A stretch of DNA of 64,000 nucleotides from Paragordius varius (lineage: Eukaryota > Animalia > Nematomorpha), in contig OZ176050.1 in assembly GCA_964247055.1 (NCBI GenBank), forward strand, positions 11,532,001 through 11,596,000. Direction: 5' to 3'. The notes beneath the pieces were generated by a model. That model was not told where the DNA came from. It saw only the letters and a program-made list of their open reading frames with translations, and searched no databases. This document shows positions 29,067 to 43,947 of the stretch, piece by piece (the stretch's first letter is position 1; each line of letters starts with the position of its first letter). The translations under genes and the position numbers were made by a program.

Positions 29067-32000
29067 CTATATATCAACTAAATTTTATTGACATAAATTT
29101 ATAATCTAAAAATTTAATTAAAATTCATAATTATATTTGTTTTCTGTCAAAAAGTAAATGGCTAACATTTGGGATCAATACTATTGTTTTCCTAAAAATA
29201 ATTAAATATATATATAAGGCTATTGCACATTGTTTTAAGTTTTTGGGGGAATTTATGAGATAAAATATAAATTATTATTTTAGATAAACATAATCACACT
29301 GATTGTTGCATTCAAAATCGAATACCCAAAGTATGTTATGGATTTTGTGATGGATCGAGTCCCACTGTTAAAACGCTGCAACAAGTCTCTTGCATTAATC
29401 ACATTGATGCCATATTATCATGTGTTACCGATGATTACAGTATTATGATTATAAACATTAACACTTTACTAATAATAAGAAGTTTATGTGAAATAATGCT
29501 CTATTCATATAAAATTATTGAAGCAAACAGCTGACATTTATAAACAAATAATACATAAACATTCGCTGCTAATTTTTAAGCAAAAGCATTGTTAAATCAG
29601 TTCAATATTTTGTAGGATTCAATTGATTATTGATAAAATTAAGTAATATTGGCCGCAAACACAGTTTCGAAATGAGAGTATTTTATTTTAATTTTTTATT
29701 ATGCGCATAAAAGCCCATAAAAATATATAGTACTATTGGCCTAATGTTATCGATATCTCTTTGAAAAATTATATAAATTTGCATTACTATTTAGGATTTA
29801 TTTTCAATGATTGCTAATAATTTAATTATTTATTAAATTGATTAAATTTATTAAATTAACCAGATTACTGATGATATTTCAATTTTATGAAATATTAATT
29901 AAGAGAAAAACACTTTAAATTTTAAATTATATTTCCTAAATTATCATTTTATCTAATTGAAAAAGGATCAGTATGATGCGATTTATTTTAATAAATATAG
30001 TTATTAATCAATTTACCTATAAATGACAACTCTTCTTCAACATCATAAATTAATTATCTATTATTTTTTTAAAAGAGCGTTTCTTTTTGAAAAAAACTCA
30101 AATGTGTATGCTTTAAATTCAAAAATAGCAATGCTTCCTGGATCTCCGGTGAATGTTAAAACGCTGTACAAAGGCTCAACCCTTGTTACCTTGGATTGGG
30201 ATGCGCCTATCAATAATACTCATCTCATAATCTCATATACCATTTATTACAGGCAAATCGATAATTTTGATAATAATAATGATAATGAAGATAATTCTGG
30301 AACGTTGGAAAAAACAATCGAGAAAGGTGATATTAACATTGATTTAGGCGACGTGGATCAATATGAAACGGTAAAATATTGGATTTATTGGAAATATTTT
30401 TGAAAAAAAAGTCTTAAAACGAATGCTTTTGTCATATGTTAAAGTGATTTAAACATAAATATAATGTTATAATAAATGAATAAAAGTTAGAATTCAACTT
30501 TAACCACTATGTTAAATATTTATCTTGTAAAATAATGTGTTCGATTAATTAGGTTATTAATAATAGCGAAGTGTTACGCATAAAAAAATATAATGGTTGT
30601 CCCAATAATTAAAGTTTTGTGGGCTATTAAAATTATACTATTCTTTCACTAGCCCCCCAGTATGAGACCATGCATCAACATTAAAAACCCTTTTAAAAAT
30701 TATCATTAAATTTTAAAGTTGATTTTACCTATTTTTTAGTTTCTAAAATACATATAATATATTTTAAATCTAAAAAATTCATTGTTTAGAGTTAGACTAT
30801 AGTACAATTTTCTTAAAGTTTTTACTACTTTTTTATATTTTCTTAAAATTTTATCATAGATTTTATTTAATGTGTCTCATGGGCCACCCTTTACCCTAAC
30901 GAATTTGTCACCGGACACTTGGTATGAATTATTCGTCGTTTCTAATGCCATTAATGGATCATCCCTACCCTCAAATGGATTGCGCATTTTAACACGCCCC
31001 CGAATTAATGATTATGTACATAGCGTAATTACTCCATATCCTACTACAATGCTACCTAATGCAACTTCAACTAAATCAGAATCTATTGATGATCAAGATT
31101 TTCTGGATGATGAGAATGAAAAGTAATTTTTTTATACTCAATTATAGATTTATTCGTATTAAAAGTTTTTTTTGAGGGGGGGGGGGGGTATGGGGGTGGT
31201 TACTTGATAAAGTCAGCCTATAATTTCTTAAATGAATTAATATTAGGGATATCATCCATCCCTGTGTTTTAGGTCCCAGGGTATCTGAAGTTACCATGCA
31301 CTAGCTTTCTGAACAATGTTCTATCAAAGACTTGTTCGTGTTCAATATTGAATTGTACTTAGCTGTTTGCATCATGTGATCAATTAAAATATATTAACTA
31401 ATAAAATATCAAGTTGATTCATAAGATAAGATAAGATTTACAAAATAGAAATAAGACCAGCTATGACATACCCTACAAAAACCTGGGCCCTTACAGCAAA
31501 AAACAAATAAACCTACTAGAGCTGAAAATCACATGCTAAAAACTACAACAATAATCTTGATAATATTATAAAAGAAGTAGAATATCTATGTTCATTCAGC
31601 GCAACCGATTGCTATATTATGGGCATAATCAACGTATGAATTCCGATAATTGGGTACAAATACAGTATTTAAACATACCCGGCCCAAATAGAAAAGGCCG
31701 CCCTAAACTCACATGGTCCAAACAGCTAACCCAAGATCTCTTACAATTCAATAGGGATGAGATCCTATATTAATATATATATATATATATATATTGTATG
31801 ATTTATTGTTTGAATACAAAATACCAATTATTACATATGTTGATGCGTAGGAAAATCTTATTAATTCTATTACAATGGGTGTTAAGACAAAACATCAAAA
31901 GTTAAAGACTAATTCATATTGGGATTATAAAACAAAAATTAAATTAATTCTTTAAAATCAGTTTTTGAATACTACAGGGATCTTTGTCAAACGTAAAAAT

Positions 32001-35000
32001 AAAATTAAAACATTATTTTTTGTTGCCCTTTTTTATTTCATTTTAATATTTATATATTTTTTGTAACTTTAGATTGGAAGATATTAATCTGCGACCACAA
32101 AACTGTTGTATACGACACAATTTGGATTCCAAATGTTTACCGTTGTGTCGATATGATATGGATTTCAGTCCCGATTCTCAATTAATAAATCTAACTGTGC
32201 AATGTTTTGTTCATTTCGCGGATATTTTGACATGTCTTGCTGGTATGTTTTTGTTTAAAAAAACCTAATAAACGATAACTCGAAAGTAAATCCGAATTAT
32301 TGCTAAATCTACCTTCATTTAGTTATGATTTAACAGTTATTATTAATTACCTTTTTATGATATATTGTAAAAAGGTATTTAATAGATCCTTATCTAAAAT
32401 ATGCTATTTTTGGTTATTTCCATAAAATACATTTGAAATTATAATATATATAATGTTCAATTAATTGTGTTATAAAATAAATAAACTTATCCTGCTGTTA
32501 AAAATTTTCTCAAAACTATTTTTATATGTCTCCATTTTCATAACCTAAAATAAAAACTTTTTGTTTCAAACATGCTATTTAGATGGGAGGTATAATACCC
32601 CATGTTGTAGGGATAGAGGTGTCAGTGCGACATGTTCGCTACTATGCAGTTCTCGACTACCCTTCGACGCTAAACAGGGCTTACAAAATCCCGCGGTGGC
32701 CCAATTCCTACCCTGCATAAATAGCACGGTTCAAATTTTGGAGTGTTTTGAGAAGGGCATTCGTAAGATTTTATTCACTATAAAATATTTTGAAACAAAT
32801 GATAATCGTGTTTATATATAGAGTAAAGTTTTTGTGGTATTTATTAAATAATCAACAACCTTTTGAATCGTTTTTCCCGGTAAAAATTGATAATGGTTTT
32901 TGTAACTTTATTTATATAGTTTTTTGCTGGATAAAGTTTACTTTTCATAACCGAAGTTTATATATTAAAAATGAAACATATTTACAAACCCGGTAAATAG
33001 TAGATTCTAAATTTACATAATGCTAATTAAAAAAATTTATATCCAAATCTATCCAATAATTTACTATTCTCTTTTTAATTATCCTGGCAGGTGAGATATT
33101 TAGTACACCATATAATTTTGTAACTATGATAGAAAAACTACCTTCACAACCTACAAACCTTATTCTTGCGGGCAAAAATGAAACAGCCTTACTGTATGAA
33201 TGGCAAGCCCCCTCAGTTCCCAATTTATCCAAAGATTCTAATGGTGTGCCAGATAAAATATATTATACCGTTGTTTATATTAAAGATGAATTCCCGTTCC
33301 CTGCTCCAAGCCAGGTATGTGGGTTTTTAATGAAAACATATTTATGGTATGGATTATGAAAAAAAGTATTGGTTTCAAGCACACTTTGCTTCATTGAATT
33401 TTAAAGTGGTATTTTCTGTCAAGCATCTTAATTTTATGTAAATATATTATATTGTTATTGATATTTTGTCTGTTTAACGGCTTTTTAAACATATCTACAA
33501 CCTTTAAACCAAAAATCTTTTTATCACACCATAATTTATCTCAAATGTGGATTTTGTGCTATAAATATTATTTTCACCTTCTTATCCTTATTGTCAAACA
33601 TTTTTTAGTCTCAATTTTTCGTTGATTTATATGTGCATTTTATCAAAAAAATATAATGTAAGTCAAATCACTACTTTTTCTAACCTATTTATATCCGAAC
33701 CATTTTAGTGTCAAAATTAATTAATTAATTAAATTAATAATGTACATTTATCATCATAAATTTAGATTAAGGTAGATGAGCCCAGGGTATACATTACAAA
33801 TCTTCAGAGTAATACCTCATATCGAATGTTTGTGACAGCAAACAATAAGCATGGATCCAGTTTACCCTCTTACACTATGATTGGCAAAACTGATGAATCC
33901 AGCGCGTCTTTAATCACAATACCATCTGTCCTAAATCCAACTACTAGTAAAAAAATTATATTAGTTTTTTTTCATAAATCTTAACCTTTTTTACTTAATT
34001 TTGCCTTAAATTTAATGTACAGTATTAATTAAGTGAAAATTTTGTATAAAGGACATCTAGTTTCGTATACAATTTGAGTTTTTATGTTCTTTGAATGTAA
34101 ATCATAATTGATATTACATCTCTATTCCATAATCAACCCAAAACGATAGAATATATCATAGTTAGAAAAGTTTAAAAAAGTATGGTTGTCTTTACTAAAA
34201 TATTTGTCTTAGTATCAAATTTTTTCTTTATAGTTTTAATTTTAGGTGTATTAGTTAAGTTTTTTTATGATTTTTTACAGCCCACATTAATATAATGTTA
34301 CTGTAATTTAGATACGGTTATATCACCGCCAAAACCTTATGAAATTGAAATTTCAGACGTCGGTGTAGATTACATTAGCTTGAAATGGCGAATTAAGTCT
34401 GCATCTTCACAATCCGATAATAGAGATTCGTTACCATTGGGCCCACCCTTTCATTACAACGTTTATTTTGCTAAAGTCTCTGATACGCTTGACCCATACT
34501 TGGATGAATCGTATCATTCTGTAAATTATGTTTAGTTTTACTTTAATTCACACCCCTAACTATTTTCAAAAAAACTTTAATGATTTGGTGTTACTGTTGA
34601 TTATGTTAGTAAAGTATCTGAAATTAAATTACCATATTTAACAGGAAAAAACGGGATTTCAATAAATTGTGTTTTCTTTTCTAACTTTATTGTATATTGC
34701 AACATATAGATAAATCTAAGGGAATCTCTTTAAAAACATTTTTATGTATTTTAAACATCTGATGTTATTATTTAATCTGATGTTATAAAAATGTTAATAA
34801 TATTTAGCACGATTGTTTGATAACTATTGCTAAAACTTAAAATTATAAAATTCATTGAAATTTATACTCAACTTATTTATGTTATATAGAATTTTTTTAC
34901 CAAAAATCTATTTACTTTTAGATCAATGTTTCAAAATCGCATTATACCATAACCAATTTGGATTCCAATACGCGTTACAAAATTTTCGTTACAAGCGCTG

Positions 35001-38000
35001 ACCGTTTAAGAGAAAGCTTACCATCTGAAAAGATTATAGTACGCACGGCAGACAAATGTAAAGATCTACTGAATTTTATATTTTATCACGAGGGTTACAG
35101 TAATTCAAAAAGTAAAAGACTAATATTCGTAAATTCAACCATGTTTCCTATCCTTGATTTTTTTCTATACAATAAGTTGTTATGATCACTATGAAATATA
35201 AATTTGAATCCATAACAATTTACATCTATAAACCTTATTTCGCATTCTAAAACGATATGTTAGAAGGTTTAATGAAAAAAATAGTCTTTTATTTAATGTT
35301 TTGCCTTTATAAACTTAACTAAATTTTTCCGTATAAATTTTATGATTCATAATACTTAAATTATAATAGCCAACCCAACTGCTTTAATTGAAGTCATTCA
35401 AGGGGATGAAATGGTGCTCACCAATCAACCACATTATGTTCCAGGTACCAGTATACAATTACGTTGTTTAACTACTGGAACACCAAAACCATCAATTACC
35501 TGGTATAATAGGTATGTAACTCAGAATTATTCATTACATTTATTTGCAATAAGTTTTTCAACCAAGTGTCTAATTTATAACCCTACCGAAAAATTAGTCG
35601 AATTTTTCTATAAATATGATTATGAGATTACTTAAAATTAATGAAGAAATAAAATATAATCATATATTAATGTAAAGTTTAATAACCATCAATTACCTGG
35701 TATAATAGGTAAGTAACTTAGAATTATTCATTATATTTATTTGCAATAAATTTTTGAACCGAGTCTCTATCATTTATACCCTACCAAAATATCAGTCGAA
35801 TTTTTTAAAAATATGTTTATGAAATTATATAAAATTAATGTAAGAAATTAAATATAATCATATATAACTTAAATTTAATGTAAAATATCGTTTAGTATAA
35901 AATTTTATCATTTTTTTGTTTTTTACTTCTTTAATGTGATATAACTACGATAAAAAACAGTTTCATTGGTTAATATTTTCATCAATCTTCATTGCGGTAC
36001 TAAATTGTTATGCCCATAAAACTGCATTTATAAGCATTACGACCGGATTTTTTTATTTAATTGGTCAAGATATGATATTTTTAAGCTTCTAATAAAAAAA
36101 CAAAAAATAAGAATTTACAATGTTATACCCAAATTTTATCTTAGAATGGATGATTTTAAAGAGCCAATCTGGCACGGTGAAAACTATACGATTGATCATC
36201 TGGATAAATCAAACATTGGTCAATACAAATGTATGGCAAGGAATAAAATTTTACCGAATGGGAAAGCATTTTATTACCTTCGTGTAGGATGTAAGTTTTT
36301 AGCAGGAAATATTTTATTTTTTGTGTAATTCAGCTTAAATTATTTTAATAGTGATTAATTACATACATTTAATTTTGTTATGATACATTAGGAGTAACTA
36401 TACATTGCTTATTCAATAACAAAGCATTATTATTGTTGAATACTGAATATATAGCGAAAAAAATAACTTTAAGCCAATATATCTCTTTGCTGCTGTGTGT
36501 GCTCTCTTGCAATTACAGTATGAGTAAGTATAATACATTGCTAGAAAGTTATTAATTATTACCAAATAGCATATACAACAAAGGGCAGTATTATTAGCTT
36601 ATAATTATTTTTTTATTTATATGCTATTTGGCAATAAAAATTCTCTTTGATGCATATGCTATTTAGCAAAAAGTAATAACTTTCAAGCAATATATACTAA
36701 CTCATTCTGTATTATTGAACTATCAATGTAGTGTCGTTTATTTCTTAAACTATATGTATACAGTTGGTCCGAAAGTGTCATCTGAATCTAGACTAAATTT
36801 TGCAAGCAGTGGCGATAATGTTACCCTTTCTTGTACGGTTGAAGCTTTGCCTTTTACCCAAACCAATGTTACATGGTTTAAAGATGATAGAGAAATAACT
36901 TTGGGTAAAATTTTAATGCTTTAAATGTTTTTTTCTTGAGTTTGAAATTATGATATCTTTAATTTCTCTATTAAGGTATTTTATTTTCATATTCTTTAAA
37001 AGAAGTTTTGGGCTTTAATTTATTAGTTACTACTTTTTTTAAATATTTTTGATCGCTTCTCTTTTGCCTAAATATATGTATATTGAGAAATATAATTTCA
37101 ATTAATATAGAACGAATTCCTGGTTCCATATCGTATTGTAATAGGAGTTATACACACGCGCCCGTAAAATATACCTATTTCACTCAACTCCACATTTATA
37201 AAGTCAATTATGCCGATTCGGGTACGTATAAATGCGTAGTGAATAATATGTATGGGATGGATAGTTTTAGTTCTGATCTCATTATTGAAAACAATGATGA
37301 ATCCTTTAATCTATCGGGTAAAGTTTCTTTTATTCTCTACAGTAAACATAATAATTATAGGCCATTTAATTAATAGTTAATGTAAACATAACTTTTGTAA
37401 TTAATACAAGTAATATGCGATTCATACTAAAAACCGACAAAAACATAAAGATAACCACAAAATACAATGGTTTTTTGTAAACACATTTATTGACCAAGAT
37501 ATCACAAATATATAAATGTGAGTTGGTTTTTATAACTATATGTTTTTTTTTAACTGACAATAAGATTGATTAAAACGCAAATCATATATGCTCTATTGAT
37601 AATAATTTTTTAACACGCCAAATATGTAGAGTGTTGCGATCGATTAAACGTTAAAACGGATTGTATGCCTGTTTGCAATTACAATGTGAATGTTAGCCAA
37701 TTTTTGTTTGGACTATCTACTTCTGATACTACTTCGCTATCCTACCCAGATCATTTAAATCCTACAGCATCGCAATCCAAGAACCAAAATTTAACCTCAA
37801 TTACTAACAAATTACATTGTTTATCAGAGCTACCAAAGATTGTCCATTGTGCTGCTGGTGAAAATCTAAATTTTGGATAGTTTTTTAATGTTTTTCAGAT
37901 AAATCTATACTAATTTAATCGCTTATGGATTATTAATGTATGATAAATGTTTTTTAAATGCTTGAAAGTTTTTAAAATTGTATTATCTTATGCGTGTTTA

Positions 38001-41000
38001 TTTTGAAATACATTTTTCATTTAAAAAAAAAATAACCTAAATTTGTAAAATTTACTAAAACGCAACTTTTTTTTGTTTTTATGCAATATTTTTTATTAAA
38101 AAACATCACATTTTTTCAATCAAGTGAAAATATTTTAAAATTCAAATTGTACAAACAAATTGTCATTTTATGTTTTTATAATTTAGATGGGAGAAATCAT
38201 GAGCAGTGTTGTAAAAGATCCGGTGTTCCATGGAGGTGTGTTAGGTTTTGTGAAGGGAATATCCCTCATTTGTCGATGCCTAATTTGGATGATTGCTTGG
38301 GTTATGCCCAAACTATCATAACGTGTTATCGCAAAGGAATTGGTACGTATATTGCTTTTATTTTTAAAATAGTGTTTTTTTCATAAATAAATTCATCTAC
38401 TTTCTAATAAGCATATTAATATATCTTAACACAAAATATGTGTAAAACAAGTTCGCACATCGTTTTGATATAAAGGTATTAGTATTAATTAATATACTGA
38501 CGGAAAATTTTGACAATATTAAAGTATATTCATTGTAAATTTATATGCGGTTTCTATTCATTTGTATAAAAGAGGTCAACCCAACAAGTATTTTATTATG
38601 ACACATATTTTTATAAACAAATAATACTTTTTATTGAATACAACTGTAATACTACCAATTTTATTAGCTAATATACCAACTATGCCCGTTAATGTTCGAG
38701 GAGAAGTTATTCATGGCAACATGATCATTTTGAAATGGGATCCACCCATTCACAACTCTGATAAAATCCGTTACTATATCATATATTATAAACCTGCTAA
38801 TCAAATCCGTTGGATATTGGTAATTTACAATTTGCATTTTTTAAATCAGTTTAAAGTGCAGATTTCACATTTTAAAATTATGTATGTCTGGTGGTGTATT
38901 TGGTTCATGGTTAAATTTGTTATGTTTCAAATATATTTATTTAAGTTTATTTCTGAATAGTCTAACTAATTGATTTGAGACAATCTACCTCTTTTGAACT
39001 CTGTATTAAAAATTTGCAAAAAATGTTTTATGTAATAATTTTTTTTATCACCCAATGCATTTTCTATGTTAACTATTAGAATCGAACTTTGGCCACATCT
39101 TTGCGCTTTTCTGATCTGAAACCCAATACAGAATATTTCTTTCAAGTTGTAGCCAGTGGTGCTGATGGTTCTTCACACAAAACATCAATGCTCCGTTTAT
39201 TAACTACGAAACCTACCCTAAATAGTTTGGAAAGTAAGGAGTGTTAATTTGAAACGATATTTTTGACATCCATTTTTACCATATCTATCGATATAAACGT
39301 AAATGTTGGGTGTATCGAATTTATATACACCTTTTCGAGCTCACTGTTGTGTAAAGCTTACTAGAGTCGTTTGAATATTTAATTATATATTATAAATATT
39401 CAAACCAAAAAATTTCAAGAAATATAAATTATTGTTGAAACTATAATATCCAAAAAAATCATTTGATATATGTAATATATAAAAACGAATTATCTATTTT
39501 AGTTTAATGGTTTTTTCGATTAAGCAAACTTCTAGCTTATGAGAAAGGTTTTATAAAAACAGATACATATCGATAAATTAATTCTTTATACACATAATAA
39601 TTATCAACTTACTCTATGTAGCTCAGTGTTATTAACCGTATAAAAATATTTCTGCATATTTCTTAACCTTTTTAAATTGATTTTAATGATATAATTTAGG
39701 CCTAAGTAACTCAGATCAACTAACACATGAAATTGATGCAGAAAAAAGTAAATCCAAACCATCTACCATAGCCCTAACATTTATTGGTTTAATACTCCTT
39801 GTATCCTGCTCAGGACTGGTTGCCTACATTTTTGTCAAGTATGTATTCCACATTTAATTTATCGAATTTTGAAATTTTTACCCACCATTTACAACTCTTA
39901 TCTTTACTATAAAAAATAATTTAGAAAAAAAATTATCAACTTTAAACGGCCCATATCGTTTGATAATCCTGGATATGATAAAGAACATGTCCTACAAGAT
40001 ATAACTGTTAGTAACTATAATTTTGTTGCAAACTATATTTATATATATATATATATTATTGGTTAAAATCCAACTTTTTTCCGTTTTTTAATGCATATAT
40101 TTGATAATAGGTTGGAATTTTTCACATATTTAACATTTATTTTTACAAGTTAAGACGTACAAGTAATAGTTTTAAAAAGAGGAACCATCATATATTTTCC
40201 TTTAAATGGAATTATACGTACATTTTTAATCCAAATTGACATTTTATTAAATAACATCCAAATTTTCCTCAAAAATATACACCTATGATTCCAAATCAAT
40301 ATATATTTATTAAATATTATAGCCTTCATCAGCCTTGTATGCAGGTAGCAATATAAATAATGGGCATAATACCAGCTTTGATCGTATAGGCAGTGTCCGT
40401 AGCGATGATACAATTACATCAAATTATTATAATAATAATACATCTATCATTACTACAACAAATAACAATAGCAACACTTATAATTCACTCCATAATGTTA
40501 AATCTAGCGTGAATTCATCTATTCCAGATAAAACTTATATCAAAAATCATAATCTCTATGATATGAGTAGCCCTTTAACTCCAAATAAAAATGGTTTGAA
40601 TACCAACAATAATAGCAATACTCTTGGCAAAAAACAGCCTACATCAATTTCAATGAAACGACAAAAAAATGAATTGACTACAGCCAGCACACAAGAATCA
40701 TTTAATGGGATTAGCGGGTGGCATTTACCATCCCTTCATGCTGTTCCAACTTCGCTTAACATCACCAATAATAATGCGAAAGAATCTCTCACCCCTAAAA
40801 TACGGGGTAATGATGAGATTAAAACATTGTCATTGTTGGAAGATCCATTTAAAACTGGTATGGTATTATTGTTTTTAAAAAACAAAGATAACAGGGTTGG
40901 AATATTAGAGTTTTTTTAAAGAATGAGTTTAGGAAAATTTATTCCAGATGTAGTATGTGTTGCAATATTATTTTGAAAAAAAAATTTTCCGAACTGTTCA

Positions 41001-41266
41001 AAGAGTCGGTAAAGTTTTGAATAAATTTATCTTTAAAACCAGTTTTTGAGACTTTCTTACCTAAAAAGGCAATATAGTTTTCGATTAATTACCATGCTAA
41101 TAATTAAACAAATACACTTAATTTAGCGGAAAACAATCCTTTACAAAACCAAAATGACATAATCATTATGCCACCACCAAAGTCAACAACGCGAAACAGG
41201 CAAAAAGAAGGTCTTATAACGTTTGATGATGAGGAAAGCCCCAACATTGGGAATCCCATCATGTGA
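21655..41266 (+). CDS. Ig-like, fibronectin type III and DB-module type I membrane protein (multi-exon)
   Basis: Signal peptide MHYLIYGIFLAIYYVNA (exon 21655-21798). Eight Cys-rich DB modules in four pairs (exons starting ~23562, 25059, 28853, 29284, 32073, 32583, 37631, 38187; e.g. DGKDHRDCCKRR, DGRNHEQCCKRSGVP). About five FN3 domains, two clear Ig domains (~35370-37317), a TM helix TIALTFIGLILLVSCSGLVAYIFVK (~39770-39839) and a cytoplasmic FDNPGY motif. Last exon ~41128-41266 ends in TGA. Exons show GT-AG borders with compatible phases, but the exon chain between 21896 and 23195 is unresolved. Confidence 0.88.
24605..24640. repeat. (TA)n microsatellite, intronic
   Basis: Perfect TA run. 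Confidence 0.95.
26095..26379. mobile_element. Foldback-like MITE with TA target in an intron of the Ig/FN3/DB gene
   Basis: TA|CCATTTAC ... GTAAATGG|TA. Long inverted arms are built from ~21-bp subrepeats (TGAACAATTCAAATTCACCCT). Confidence 0.7.
31438..31773 (+). mobile_element. 3' fragment of an RTE-like non-LTR retrotransposon, intronic
   Basis: Translates to YKIEIRPAMTYPTKTWALT and RNRLLYYGHNQRM...NRKGRPKLTW, typical of the C-terminal part of an RTE ORF. Boundaries approximate. Confidence 0.7.
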
Positions 41267-41617
41267 AAAAAATTTAGAAGCGACGAGGAATTGTTTTTGT
41301 GGCGATAAATATTGTATTTATATAAAGCAAATTAGAAGATTCTCATTTTTATACATTCCGTTTTTATACGGCAATACATAAATTTTTCACCAAAATTATT
41401 TTTATAAACAGATATTATGTTATAATCAAGACTAAACAAACATTGTTTAAATCCAAAAAATGTTTCATATTTACAGCTTTATATCACATGCATTACCACC
41501 TATGTTTTTCAAATAATCATGTATAATAAGTGTCGGTGCAGACCAAAATAATTTATATTTCCGTCCTATTAGCACATTATTGTAACTTTAGAAGATTTTT
41601 TTTATTTTTTTTTCAAA

Positions 41618-41622
<5 letters not shown>

Positions 41623-41680
<58 letters not shown>
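41623..41680. repeat. (TA)n microsatellite
   Basis: 58-bp perfect TA run downstream of the Ig/FN3/DB stop codon. Confidence 0.95.
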
Positions 41681-41687
<7 letters not shown>

Positions 41688-42808
41688 TCTTAAATTTTTA
41701 ATTAGACTCATTTGGTAAATAGTTTTTCTCTATTAGCACATATTTAATGAATATGTATATGTTGTATGTATATCGTAACTATAGAAATTTTTAAACATTT
41801 GAAATATGATATATATTTTTCATTTTTACCGTCATAATTTTAGTTAAAAAGACCAATTTTATATAGCGGACCAAATTATTAATTATATATTAATGTGGAT
41901 TATAAACACTAAATAAATTTAAAATTATATTATGACATTTAATAATATTTTTCAATGTTTAATTTTACTATTTAGCAATTTATATTAGGCCACTTAAAAA
42001 ACTAAGTTGTGTAAAATCCCCCATGTATTTTAATTTAATGCATTAAAAATGTTTTATTATTGGGTGATTAAAAACAAGGATCACATAGCTCTAAACGTAC
42101 CTTTGTGTTCACCCTAGTTTCTTTCAAAAGGCATTCTTGAATTTAGATTATACCATATATATAACCTGCTTATTTTTTTTTCATCCAGAATTTATTTTGT
42201 TTAATAAAATTCGAAATTCGGCTATTTTAAAAATTAATAGCGTTTTATCAATTGAAAAATTATTTTGTTTATCCATCAACCCTATTAAAAAATAACAGTT
42301 TACCCATTAAGTAGATATAAGGCTTGATTTTAAAAACAAATTAACCAAAATTATGTCAAAAATTTTTATTTTCTTCGCATTTACCAAAAAATTATGAATG
42401 TACAATATTTTCCCAAATTTTACAATTTTATGGAATAATGCGTGCAATGCCATCTAGCATTTTATATAAAATTGAAAACAATAAGGGTGTTATAATGAGG
42501 AATTTAAATGAGAAATTGGTTAAATATTGTTAAAAGGGGTATATAAGAGGTTTTAACCGTATCTTCATGATGATAATAAGGTATAGGTATAACTGAATTA
42601 TTGGCTTATCCATTGAATGGCCAAAAAGTTGATTTAATTTGTAATTTTAACTCTAGAAACAATATTATTAATGGATGCGTATAAAATATTATAAAACCAT
42701 CTAAATAAATTAATTAACTCAATTTAAGATGTAACAATCATTATATATGGCGGGCGATTGTTAACTAAGGCAAATATATCACTGATTAACTAAGAGTTAA
42801 TATTATTG

Positions 42809-43907
42809 ATGAAGGATGAAACAAGCGAGAAAAAAGATGATATAAAGTTCAATCCAGATAAAAATCTACCACTAAACAATGGTACAAAACCTATTCCTTT
42901 GAATATCAACAATGGTAGTAAGGATTTAAGGCAAACCAATTATGTCAGGGAAGAAATTAATAAGGAAACCGTAACTCACGAACACATACCAATATTCGAA
43001 GCTGTTGAAAATTCTCCACCATTAAACACCAACAATTTGGATAACACAAACAATAAGAAAAATGACCAAATTAAACCTATAACAAACACTACCACAGATA
43101 ATCCTGATATCGCCAAGGATGTTTTCGAAGAACCCCTCAATGCACCAATATTTAAGCTAGGGCGTCTTATTGGTTCTGGGGCCTTTGGTATTTTACGATT
43201 ATGCACTGACGTTTCTACAGAAAAGCTTTACGCTGTAAAGCTTGAAGCGATCGATGCCAAACAGCCTCAACTTCATAAAGAATATCAAACATATTGGAAA
43301 TTACATCACAATCAAGACGTTGAGGGAAAAAATGGCGCCACTGAGAAAGAAATGAAAAGTACGGATAAAAAAGGGAATGAAACAAAAGTAGACGAGAAGA
43401 CAAACAATGAACGATTTTACACAAATTATGAAAAGGGTAAAAAACTCCGTCCAATCGGATTCCCAAAAATCTATTATTTCGGTGAATGTACTAATCGATA
43501 TAATGCATTGGTTATGGATTTATTAGGTAAGAGGAGGATTGGAAACGGAATCATTATAAAATAGTGCAACTTGCTATTCTAAAATCAATGCTATAAAATT
43601 TCCAAATCGATTCAAATTTCGGAACTAAAATCCCAATTTTAATTTTTTCCGCACAATTAAATTTAGAAAAATATATACTTTGTCCTCATCCCTCTAAAAT
43701 TTTTATTAGATCTTGTCCTAATTAAAATCCTTATGTAAGGATAAAAATCGGGGACACAATCGTTAAAGGCACACCCACTAATGTAAACTTAAACCCATTA
43801 TAACTGATTTTTTTTCTATAATTTTGTTAACACTAAGTGCACGTAAGTATACGAAAGCTGGACTAAACATAATTACATTTATATTTGGCTCTTTTAACAA
43901 ATACTTA

Positions 43908-43947
<40 letters not shown>

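Noticed and set aside
42976-43466. Minus-strand ORFs (also 44371-44580 and 45721-45912)
   Set aside because: Antisense shadows of CK1 exons with no recognisable motifs.
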